From an uncultured Desulfarculus sp. (GTDB lineage: Bacteria; Desulfobacterota; Desulfarculia; Desulfarculales; Desulfarculaceae): a stretch of DNA of 64,000 nucleotides. The notes below the pieces were generated by a model, which was given only the letters and a program-made list of their open reading frames with translations, had not been told where the DNA came from and did no database searches. A program made the translations under genes and the position numbers. Below are positions 49,648-57,785 of the stretch, piece after piece (the first letter of the stretch is position 1; every line of letters starts with the position of its first letter). The DNA is taken from positions 512,001 to 576,000 of the forward strand of contig CAXXUK010000001.1 of assembly GCA_963665125.2 (NCBI GenBank). The letters run 5' to 3'.

Positions 49648-50870
49648 TGTCCTAGTCGAGAAAAGCGTTGACAGGTCAAGGTCCTAGCTGAAGGAGCCAT
49701 GGCCTTCCGGTTAAGATGGTTCAAACCAAAAGAAGCATCTTAATTGAAAGGAAGGACCATGACTCAATCGCAGTATATCATCAACCGCAAGCTCAATATC
49801 CTGGAGTTGGGCCAAACTCTGGGAAACATCTCCGAGGCCTGCCGCAAACTTGGCATCAGCCGCCAGCACTATTACGACATCAAGCAAGCTATTGATGAGG
49901 AAGGTCTGGAAGGGCTCTTGGAGAAGAGTCGTCGCGTGCCCAGGATCGGCAACCGTGTGGCCCTCGAGATAGAGCAGAAAGTGCTGGATTATTCTTTACA
50001 GTTTCCCACTCACGGCCAGACCAGAGTGGCCAACGAACTGAAGAAAATCGGTATCCAGGTCAGCGCCGGAGGCATTCGCAGCATCTGGCTACGGCATGAT
50101 CTGACGCTCAAGGCACAGCGCTTGAAGCGACTGGAGAAATGGGCGGCGGAAAACACTGAGGTGCTCACCGAATCCCAGGTCCAGGCCCTGGAGAATGCCA
50201 AGCAGGAAAAAGAGGCCCACGGTGAGGTGGAAAGCCCGCATCCAGGCTTTCTGGTGGCCCAGGACACCTGCTATGTGGGCATTATCAAGGGCATAGGCCG
50301 CATCTACCAGCAAACGGCCATCGACACCCACGGCAGCCATGGTTTTGCCAAGGTTTATCGTGAAAAGACGGCCCTGACCGCCGCCGACCTGCTCAACGAC
50401 AGGGTGCTGCCCTTTTACGACCACCACGGCATCAGGGTGCACCGGGTGCTCACCGACAATGGCCCGGAGCTGTGCGGTCGTCAGGACAGCCACCCCTACG
50501 AGCTATTTCTGCACCTAAACGACATCGAGCACACCAGAACCAAGGTGCGCCATCCCCAGACCAATGGCGCGGTGGAGCGGCTTCACCAGACCATCCAGAA
50601 TGAATTCTATGAGGTGGCCTTCCGGAAAAAGCTGTACCGCACGCTGGATGAAATCCAGGCCGACCTGGACGCTTTCATGACCTACTACAACACCGAACGG
50701 ACCCATCAGGGCCGCTATTGCCAGGGGCGCACCCCTTTTCAGACCTTTACCGACGGCCTGGAACTGTATCAAAAGCATGTCCATGAAGGGATAGAAATCG
50801 AGGACGCAGCGTAGTAACCTAAACCATCTGCCGGAAGGCCAAACTGTCAACGCAATTAGTGACTAGGACA
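49648..50870 (+). mobile_element. Intact inner IS481-family element
   Basis: IRL TGTCCTAGTCGAGAAAAGCGTTGACAG; reverse complement of IRR TGTCCTAGTCACTAATTGCGTTGACAG; no flanking duplication seen. Confidence 0.9.
49759..50814 (+). CDS. IS481-family DDE transposase
   Basis: HTH; QDT, TDNG, PQTNGAVER, YNTERTH. Confidence 0.93.
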   Translation: MTQSQYIINRKLNILELGQTLGNISEACRKLGISRQHYYDIKQAIDEEGLEGLLEKSRRVPRIGNRVALEIEQKVLDYSLQFPTHGQTRVANELKKIGIQVSAGGIRSIWLRHDLTLKAQRLKRLEKWAAENTEVLTESQVQALENAKQEKEAHGEVESPHPGFLVAQDTCYVGIIKGIGRIYQQTAIDTHGSHGFAKVYREKTALTAADLLNDRVLPFYDHHGIRVHRVLTDNGPELCGRQDSHPYELFLHLNDIEHTRTKVRHPQTNGAVERLHQTIQNEFYEVAFRKKLYRTLDEIQADLDAFMTYYNTERTHQGRYCQGRTPFQTFTDGLELYQKHVHEGIEIEDAA

Positions 50871-50984
50871 TGTCAGGTCAATACCATCACTGTACACATC
50901 GCAACGACTTGTTACGCTTAACTATTTAGGGCGGCTACCACATCGGCGGCCGCCCTGTATCTTTTTTCAGCCTTTGAATGCCTA

Positions 50985-51347
50985 TTAGTAATCTGACAGG
51001 TAAGTAGTGCTCTTTATGCTGCCGTCCTCGCGCTTGTTTACGACTTCCCAGCGATTGTTTTGCTTTTTGCGGACAACGAGCCATCCGTGTTTATCGACGG
51101 TTTGTTTTGTCGGGGTGCTAATCTGGTGTGCGCGTTCCGCGTCCAACAGGTAGAAATTTGCTTCAACGCTGTCGCCGGGTCTACATTCTTTGTTTGAAGG
51201 GGCAACAACAAAGTCCCAATGGAGAAAGCCCTGCTGTACCTGCAGCGGATGCGTAGTATAGTTGTAAATGCAACAGGCCTGGCTGGATCCGGCCATGGCT
51301 ATTGAAGCCGCGCAAATTAATAGAATTGTATAAAGCAACCTCTTCAT
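50985..51347 (-). CDS. CCIYN-family secreted protein, array copy 1
   Basis: Signal peptide-SQA|CCIYN...C...DKHGW...W. Confidence 0.85.
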   Translation of the reverse strand: MKRLLYTILLICAASIAMAGSSQACCIYNYTTHPLQVQQGFLHWDFVVAPSNKECRPGDSVEANFYLLDAERAHQISTPTKQTVDKHGWLVVRKKQNNRWEVVNKREDGSIKSTTYLSDY

Positions 51348-51400
51348 TTTCCCCTCGCCATAGTTATGGGTAATATCCAAAAAATAATGCTAGGTAAAAT

Positions 51401-51760
51401 CTATTCGATTGGCTCCAGATACGTAGTACTTCTAACGCTGCCGTCTTGATGTTTACTCACGACTTCCCAGCGGTTGTTTTGCTTTTTGCGGACAGTAAGC
51501 CAGCCGTGGTCGTCTATGTCTATCTGTTTCGTATCCGATATCTGGTTTTGTCGCAGACCGTCCATCAATTTGATGTGTACGCTGCCCCCGGTGCCATTTG
51601 TGCATTGCTTATTGCTGGGTGAGATAGTCCAAATATTGAACAAACTCCATTCAACCTTCAGTGGATAACTGGAGTAGTTGTATATGCAGCAGGCCTGGCT
51701 GTGTCCGGCAGTGGCAATTACAGCCGTGCAAACCAGAATTAGGGGAAATAACCTTTTCAT
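51401..51760 (-). CDS. CCIYN-family secreted protein, copy 2
   Basis: SQA|CCIYN, QCTNGTGG, DDHGW. Confidence 0.85.
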   Translation of the reverse strand: MKRLFPLILVCTAVIATAGHSQACCIYNYSSYPLKVEWSLFNIWTISPSNKQCTNGTGGSVHIKLMDGLRQNQISDTKQIDIDDHGWLTVRKKQNNRWEVVSKHQDGSVRSTTYLEPIE

Positions 51761-51855
51761 CTTGTCCTCGCAACCGCTACGACCCAGCACAGTCCATTGT
51801 CTTGGAAAGCCGTTTTTACGCGAGCGATAATGCAAGATTTTATTTTGGAACAAGC

Positions 51856-52215
51856 CTATTCGATTGGCCTCAAGTATTTAGTGCTTTTGATGCTGCCGTC
51901 CTTATGCTTGTTCACGACCTCCCAGCGATTGTTTTCCTTTTTACGGACACAGACCCAGCCATGGTCGTCAATATCCAAATCCGCAGTGTGGCTGATATAT
52001 TTTTTACGCAGGCCGTCCATCAGGTTTATCGTGACCTTGCCTCCGGTGCCATTGGTGCATTGGTGGTTGCTGGGTGAGATTTTCCAGATATTGATCTGGT
52101 TCCATTCGACCCTGAGTGGATAACTGGAGTAGTTGTAGATGCAACATGCTTGGCTGTATCCGGCCGAGGTAATGACAGCCGCGCATACCAGTATTGCAAG
52201 GACGATCTTTTTCAT
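51856..52215 (-). CDS. CCIYN-family secreted protein, copy 3
   Basis: SQA|CCIYN, QCTNGTGG, DDHGW. Confidence 0.85.
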   Translation of the reverse strand: MKKIVLAILVCAAVITSAGYSQACCIYNYSSYPLRVEWNQINIWKISPSNHQCTNGTGGKVTINLMDGLRKKYISHTADLDIDDHGWVCVRKKENNRWEVVNKHKDGSIKSTKYLRPIE

Positions 52216-52267
52216 TTGCTCCTCACTTATTGTAAGAGCCAAGACTTATACTTGATGCCGGGAGGAC

Positions 52268-52639
52268 CTAATCGTTGGGCGTCAGATATTTTGTTTCTTT
52301 GATGCTGCCGTCTTTGCGTTTGCTCACAACCACCCAGCGGTTGTTTTCCTTTTTGCGGACGACGACCCAACCGTGGTCGTCAATATTCACAAATACGTAA
52401 CTGCTTATTGCATTCTCGCGCAGGCCGTTCAGTAGGAAAATTTGCGGCTTGCCACCAGTGCCGTTGGTGCATTGGTGCTGGGTGGGGGATATTGTCCAGT
52501 CGTTGAATAAACCCGGCCAATCAACATGCAGAGGATGGGTGGTGTTGTTGTAGATGCAGCACGCCTGGATTGCTGTCGCGCTTGTAAAAATTATAGCCAT
52601 GGTAAATACAACCAACCATGCCAAACCCATTTTGCGCAT
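52268..52639 (-). CDS. CCIYN-family secreted protein, copy 4 (first gene of block 1)
   Basis: MRKMGL...IQA|CCIYN; near-duplicate of copy 16. Confidence 0.85.
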   Translation of the reverse strand: MRKMGLAWLVVFTMAIIFTSATAIQACCIYNNTTHPLHVDWPGLFNDWTISPTQHQCTNGTGGKPQIFLLNGLRENAISSYVFVNIDDHGWVVVRKKENNRWVVVSKRKDGSIKETKYLTPND

Positions 52640-52691
52640 ATCACACCTTCAGACCTGTCTAAGGAAATAATATAAATATTGTAGGGGTATC

Positions 52692-52720
52692 AGTGTAGAA
52701 TAATATAGACTGGTGGTCAA
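52692..52720 (-). promoter_or_regulatory. Sigma70 promoter of array block 1
   Basis: - strand TTGACC-N17-TACACT. Confidence 0.7.
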
Positions 52721-52829
52721 TGGAATTGTTTGAATTATGTTGTCATATTGTTAGGATACGGCCCTGATCATAGGCTGTCCGACAGCGCGGCCACAATGCC
52801 CCTCCGGCGGGCGGAAACCCAAAAAACAG

Positions 52830-52861
52830 TTAGGGCGGCCACCATAACGGCAACCGCCCTA
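52830..52861 (-). terminator. Terminator ending array block 2
   Basis: TAGGGCGG...CCGCCCTA with a U-tract on the - strand; related hairpins at 50928-50956 and 58339-58372. Confidence 0.7.
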
Positions 52862-52890
52862 TATTTTGTTCCGAAACCGCCGGACGTTGT

Positions 52891-53271
52891 TTAGTAATCT
52901 GACAGGTGGGTAGTGCTCTTTATACTGCCGTCTTTGTGCTTGTTGACCACTCTCCACTTGTCGCCTTCTTTTTTATAAACACTGAGCCATCCGTGTTCAT
53001 CTACGTTTTGTTTTTTGCTGGTACTAATTTGGTGTGCACGCTCAGCGTCCAACAGGTAAAAGTTTGCTTCAATGCTTTCGCCGGGTCTACATTCTTTGTT
53101 CGAAGGGGGAACAACAAAGTCCCAACCGTGAAAGCCCTGCTCCACCTGTAGCGGATGAGTAGTGTTGTTGTAAATGCAACAAGCCTGGGCAAGGCCGGAC
53201 GCGCCCAGGGAAAATACCAATGCAGTTGCCAGCGCGGCGGCCAAGTTCAAATATGAATTTGGTTTATGCAT
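52891..53271 (-). CDS. CCIYN-family secreted protein, copy 5
   Basis: AQA|CCIYN, ECRPG, DEHGW. Confidence 0.85.
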   Translation of the reverse strand: MHKPNSYLNLAAALATALVFSLGASGLAQACCIYNNTTHPLQVEQGFHGWDFVVPPSNKECRPGESIEANFYLLDAERAHQISTSKKQNVDEHGWLSVYKKEGDKWRVVNKHKDGSIKSTTHLSDY

Positions 53272-53418
53272 TTATAGACCCTCCAATAAGCGCCAAATCC
53301 TAGGCGCAGTTGTTGGCCCTGGTACGTGCAGGGCTTCCGATGAAACATTATTAAAACCCGCGTCTTCACGCATGTTATTAGCTTTCCACCCGATGGTGAC
53401 GAGATGCCAAACGTTACC

Positions 53419-53797
53419 CTATTCAACCGGCTCTAAGTACACGGTATCCTTAACTGTGCCGTTTTTACGCTTGTTGACTACTTTCCACTTGCCGTTTTCT
53501 TTATTTATAGACGCTGAGCCATCCATGATCATCTATTTCCAGAAATGCCGGATGGCTGATATAAGTATTACGCAGGCCATCTAGCATGTGTATTTTCACT
53601 TTACCTCCAGTGCCATTGGTGCATTGGTGATTACTGGGTGAAATAGTCCACCCGCTGAACACGTTCCACTCAACCTTAAACGGATACCTGGAATTATTAT
53701 AAATGCAGCAAGCTTGGGCAAGGCCAGATGCCGCGAAAACAAACGCTGCCACCATTAGCGCCAAACTTATAATTACTTTATTCGTTTTATGGGTCAT
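53419..53797 (-). pseudogene. CCIYN-family copy 6, frameshifted
   Basis: An extra T (TAT AAA T AAA GAA AAC) gives a stop at 53501-53503; the normal tail KENGKWKVVNKRKNGTVKDTVYLEPVE* continues in the shifted frame. Confidence 0.8.
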
Positions 53798-53982
53798 TTT
53801 GGCCTCCGATGTTGGCGTCTTTGCGTTTGATAGCTGTTGCCTTTTTTCGGCTGTATCGTTAATTGGATACGCCATGCCGTGCTTGGCGCTGCGTTTGATA
53901 AAAACATGGTCAAAGCCGCTATCAGTAAACCGCCAATCCCGATTTTAACGTCCTGAGCCCATAACCATCGGCCTCTTATTGG

Positions 53983-54369
53983 TTATTTGCAAACTTGAGA
54001 ATCACCGTCATTCGGCTCGATGAAAGTAGTGCTCTTGATGGTGCCGTCTTTGTGTTTGTTGACCACTCTCCATTTGCCGTTTTCTTTTTTATAAACACTG
54101 AGCCAACCGTGGTCATCGACTTTTTGGTGTGACATGGTGCTTATCCGGTCCTTACGAAGACCGTCCAGTAGGTAAAAGAACGCACTTACGCTGTCGCCGT
54201 CTGTGCAGTACTTGTTTGAAGGGGCGACAACCGGTCCCGTGCCGAACAAGGTCTTGTCCACCTGCAATGGATATTTGGTATTATTGTAAATGCAACAGGC
54301 TTGGATGGATCCGGCCATGGTTATTGAAGCCGCGCAAATTAGCAGTATTGAATAGAATAACTTCTTCAT
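53983..54369 (-). CDS. CCIYN-family secreted protein, copy 7
   Basis: IQA|CCIYN, YCTDGDS, DDHGW. Confidence 0.85.
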   Translation of the reverse strand: MKKLFYSILLICAASITMAGSIQACCIYNNTKYPLQVDKTLFGTGPVVAPSNKYCTDGDSVSAFFYLLDGLRKDRISTMSHQKVDDHGWLSVYKKENGKWRVVNKHKDGTIKSTTFIEPNDGDSQVCK

Positions 54370-54422
54370 TTACCGCTCGCAGTTGTTATGGGTAATATAC
54401 GGAAATTTGTGCCTGCTAAAAT

Positions 54423-54782
54423 CTATTCATAAGGCGTCAAATACGTAGTGCCTTTAACGCTGCCGTCGGAATGTTTATTGACGACCTTCCAGCGATTGTT
54501 TTCCTTTTGGTAGACGCTAAGCCATCCGTGATCGTCAATCTCCATCTCTTTCATGTCTGATATTTCGACTTGCCGCAGGCCGTCCATCAATCGGATTTTT
54601 ACTTTGCCTCCGGTGCCATTAGTGCATTGTTTGTTGCTTGGTGAAATACCCCAGACATTAAAAATATTCCATTCAACCTTCAGCGGATACCTGGAGTTGT
54701 TGTAGATGCAACAGGCTTGGCTGATTCCGGTCAAGGAGATAATACCCGCGCAAATCACTAATGATAAAGCAAACTTCTTCAT
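54423..54782 (-). CDS. CCIYN-family secreted protein, copy 8
   Basis: SQA|CCIYN, QCTNGTGG, DDHGW. Confidence 0.85.
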   Translation of the reverse strand: MKKFALSLVICAGIISLTGISQACCIYNNSRYPLKVEWNIFNVWGISPSNKQCTNGTGGKVKIRLMDGLRQVEISDMKEMEIDDHGWLSVYQKENNRWKVVNKHSDGSVKGTTYLTPYE

Positions 54783-54834
54783 TTAGCCCTCGCATATAGC
54801 ATGAGTAAAAATCATATGTCACGCTTTGCAAAAT

Positions 54835-55194
54835 CTAGTCAACAGGATACAAGTAGGTAGTACTTTTTACACTGCCGTCTTTATGCTTACTCACGGCCTT
54901 CCAACGGTTGTTTTCTTTCTTGTAAACGCTGAGCCATCCGTGATCGTCAATATCTACCCCTTTTACATTGGTCAGCTCTTTCTTGCGCAGACCATCCAGC
55001 AAACTTATATTTACGTGGCCCCCAGTGCCATTGGTGCACCGGTGATTGCTTGGTGAAATTATCCATTCGTTGATTAAGCTCCAGTCAACCTGCAGCGGAT
55101 AACTGGAATTGTTGTAGATGCAACATGCTTGGCTGATTCCAGCCAAAGAGATTACAGCCGCGCAAATCACTATTGATAAAGAAAGCTTTTTCAT
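54835..55194 (-). CDS. CCIYN-family secreted protein, copy 9
   Basis: SQA|CCIYN, RCTNGTGG, DDHGW. Confidence 0.85.
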   Translation of the reverse strand: MKKLSLSIVICAAVISLAGISQACCIYNNSSYPLQVDWSLINEWIISPSNHRCTNGTGGHVNISLLDGLRKKELTNVKGVDIDDHGWLSVYKKENNRWKAVSKHKDGSVKSTTYLYPVD

Positions 55195-55292
55195 TCATTC
55201 CTCGCAATCGTTACGAATAGCAACAACATGTTGGCTTTACGAAAAACCATTTACATGCGGTCTATAATGCAAATTTATTTTGTTGAGCAAAC

Positions 55293-55652
55293 CTAATCGA
55301 TTGGCTCCAGGTATTTGATGCTTTTTATGCTTCCGTCTTTATGCTTACTCACGATCTTCCAGCGGTTATTTTCTTTCTTGTAAACGCTAAGCCAGCCGTG
55401 GTCGTCTACATCCATCTGTTTCGTATCGGATATTTGGTTTTGGCGCAGGCCGTCCATCAGTTTTATGTGTACGCTGCCCCCGGTACCATTTGTGCATTGT
55501 TTATTGCTGGGTGCAATGGTCCAGATATTGAATAAACTCCATTCGACCTTCAGAGGATGACTAGAGTTGTTGTAAATGCAACATGCTTGGCTGTATCCGG
55601 CCATGGCAATAACAGACGCGCATACCAATATTGCAAGGACGATCTTTTTCAT
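55293..55652 (-). CDS. CCIYN-family secreted protein, copy 10
   Basis: SQA|CCIYN, QCTNGTGG, DDHGW. Confidence 0.85.
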   Translation of the reverse strand: MKKIVLAILVCASVIAMAGYSQACCIYNNSSHPLKVEWSLFNIWTIAPSNKQCTNGTGGSVHIKLMDGLRQNQISDTKQMDVDDHGWLSVYKKENNRWKIVSKHKDGSIKSIKYLEPID

Positions 55653-55705
55653 TTGTTCCTCACTTATTGTAAAAGCCAAGATCTATTCTTAATGCCGGGG
55701 ATGAT

Positions 55706-56065
55706 CTAGTCAGCCGGTTTCAAGTATTTGGTTTCTTTAACGCTGCCGTCCTTGCGCTTGTTAACGGCCTTCCAGCGGTTGTTTTCTTTTTTGTAAACGC
55801 TGAGCCAGCCGTGGTCATCAATATCCGTAACTTCCACGTTGCTGATTTCCTCATCGCGCAGGCCACTTAGCAAGCCGAATTTTACTCGACCGCCGGTGCC
55901 GTCAGTGCATTGGTGGTTGCTGGGCGAAATAATCCAATCATTGAAGGTGCTCCATTCAACCTTCAGGGGATGACTGGAGTTGTTGTAAATGCAACATGCC
56001 TGGCTGTATCCGGCTGCGGCAATTGAAGCCGCGCAAACTAGTATCGCAATGACGAACGTTTTCAT
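55706..56065 (-). CDS. CCIYN-family secreted protein, copy 11
   Basis: SQA|CCIYN, QCTDGTGG, DDHGW. Confidence 0.85.
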   Translation of the reverse strand: MKTFVIAILVCAASIAAAGYSQACCIYNNSSHPLKVEWSTFNDWIISPSNHQCTDGTGGRVKFGLLSGLRDEEISNVEVTDIDDHGWLSVYKKENNRWKAVNKRKDGSVKETKYLKPAD

Positions 56066-56118
56066 TTTTTCCTCGCTTATTGTAAAAGCCAAGATTCGTA
56101 CTAGATGTTGACTAAGAC

Positions 56119-56493
56119 CTAATCAAGTGGCTCCAAGTACATCGTATCTTTTACATCTCCTGATTTATGCTTGTTTACGACCTTCCAGTGGTTGTTTTCT
56201 TTCTTGTAAACACTGAGCCAGCCGTGGTCGTCTATATCCCTGAGCCTAGAATTACTAATATAATGTTTCCGTAGTCCATCCAGTAGAGTGATGTTAACCT
56301 TTCCTCCGGTGCCATTGGTGCATTGGTGATTGCTGGGAGAGATAGTCCAGATATTGATCTGGTTCCATTCAACCCTCAAGGGATACCTGGAGTTGTTGTA
56401 GATGCAACAAGCCTGAGCAAGGCCATATGTCGTAAAGACAAGCACCATTGTCATAATTGTCAGCCCTAGTTTTTTAATCGACCTTTCGGTCAT
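56119..56493 (-). CDS. CCIYN-family secreted protein, copy 12
   Basis: AQA|CCIYN, QCTNGTGG, DDHGW. Confidence 0.85.
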   Translation of the reverse strand: MTERSIKKLGLTIMTMVLVFTTYGLAQACCIYNNSRYPLRVEWNQINIWTISPSNHQCTNGTGGKVNITLLDGLRKHYISNSRLRDIDDHGWLSVYKKENNHWKVVNKHKSGDVKDTMYLEPLD

Positions 56494-56550
56494 TTGCGGC
56501 CTCCTGATTATTAACCGTCGGCTCTGTTCCGTTAATTTGTTACGTACCGC

Positions 56551-56913
56551 CTAGTCCCTCGTTCCAAGATAGTAGGTGTATTTAACATTGCCGTTTTTGT
56601 CCTTGCTGACAATTCTCCAACGAGTACTTTCCTTTTTATAAATGCTGAGCCATCCGTGGCTGTCAATTTCGCAATGCTTTTTCTCGCTAATTCGTGTTTT
56701 GAGCAGTCCATCCAGAAGATAAATTTCCGGATTGCCGCCGGTGCCGTTGGTACATTGGTGATTGCTGGGTGAAATAGTCCAGGTGTCGAGTAATCCCACC
56801 CATTCAACCTTCAATGGGTAATTGGTGTTGTTGTAGATGCAGCATGCCTGGCTGTATCCGGCCGTGGTAACGACAACCGCGCAAACCATAGTTATTAAAA
56901 AAAGCTTCTTCAT
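56551..56913 (-). CDS. CCIYN-family secreted protein, copy 13
   Basis: SQA|CCIYN, QCTNGTGG, DSHGW. Confidence 0.85.
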   Translation of the reverse strand: MKKLFLITMVCAVVVTTAGYSQACCIYNNTNYPLKVEWVGLLDTWTISPSNHQCTNGTGGNPEIYLLDGLLKTRISEKKHCEIDSHGWLSIYKKESTRWRIVSKDKNGNVKYTYYLGTRD

Positions 56914-56965
56914 CTTGCCCCCGCCACCGCAATGGTTAACATTCGCACGTGATGCTTGACGAAAT

Positions 56966-57325
56966 CTAGTCCTGAGGCTTCAAGTACTTGGTTTCTTTAA
57001 TGCTGCCGTCTTTGTGCTTGCTTACAACCTTCCAACGGTTGTTTTCTTTCTTGTAAACGCTGACCCATCCGTGGTCGTCAATTTTCACATACTCCGTTGT
57101 GCTTATCGCATAGTTGTGCAGACCGTCGTACAGGGTGATTTTGGGTTCCCCACCGGTGCCATCAGTGCATTGGTGATGGGTGGGTGATATGAACCAGTCG
57201 TTGATGCAGGTCCAGGTAACACGTAGCGGATGTGTGGTGTTGTTGTAAATGCAACAGGCCTGGCTGTATCCGTTCGTGGTAACGACAGCCGCGCAAACCA
57301 AAATGGTATAAAGCAACTTCTTCAT
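56966..57325 (-). CDS. CCIYN-family secreted protein, copy 14
   Basis: SQA|CCIYN, QCTDGTGG, DDHGW. Confidence 0.85.
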   Translation of the reverse strand: MKKLLYTILVCAAVVTTNGYSQACCIYNNTTHPLRVTWTCINDWFISPTHHQCTDGTGGEPKITLYDGLHNYAISTTEYVKIDDHGWVSVYKKENNRWKVVSKHKDGSIKETKYLKPQD

Positions 57326-57376
57326 CTTGTCCTCGCGATCGTTATGGTATCAAGCCACGGGCAATGCATAAAAAAC

Positions 57377-57733
57377 CTAATCTTCAGTCAGATATTTTGT
57401 TTCTTTAATGCTACCGTCTTTGTGCTTGTTCACGACCTTCCAACGGTTGTTTTCTTTCTTATAAACGCTGACCCAACCGTGGTCGTCAATACTCACAAAT
57501 ACATAACTACTTATTGGATGCTCGCGCAGGCCATCCAGCAGGAAAATTTGCGGCTTACCACCAGTGCCATTAGTGCATTGGTGGTGGGTGGGGGATATCG
57601 TCCAAGCATTGAACATACCCCAATCAGCATGCAGAGGATGTGTGGTGTTGTTGTAAATGCAACACGCCTGGCTATGTCCGGTCATGGTGATTAAAGCCGT
57701 GCAAACCAGTAGTGTAAAAAGTAACTTCTTCAT
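57377..57733 (-). CDS. CCIYN-family secreted protein, copy 15
   Basis: SQA|CCIYN, QCTNGTGG, DDHGW. Confidence 0.85.
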   Translation of the reverse strand: MKKLLFTLLVCTALITMTGHSQACCIYNNTTHPLHADWGMFNAWTISPTHHQCTNGTGGKPQIFLLDGLREHPISSYVFVSIDDHGWVSVYKKENNRWKVVNKHKDGSIKETKYLTED

Positions 57734-57785
57734 CTTATCCACGCGATCGTTATGGTATCAAGCCATGGGCAATACTTAACAAAAT

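Larger units (their letters stand above)
47787..50896 (+). mobile_element. Outer IS481-derived composite element with passenger DNA
   Basis: IRL TGTGCTGTGACGGTAATTACCTGACA; reverse complement of IRR TGTACAGTGATGGTATTGACCTGACA; flanked by the direct repeat CATCGCA (47780-86, 50897-903). Confidence 0.85.
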
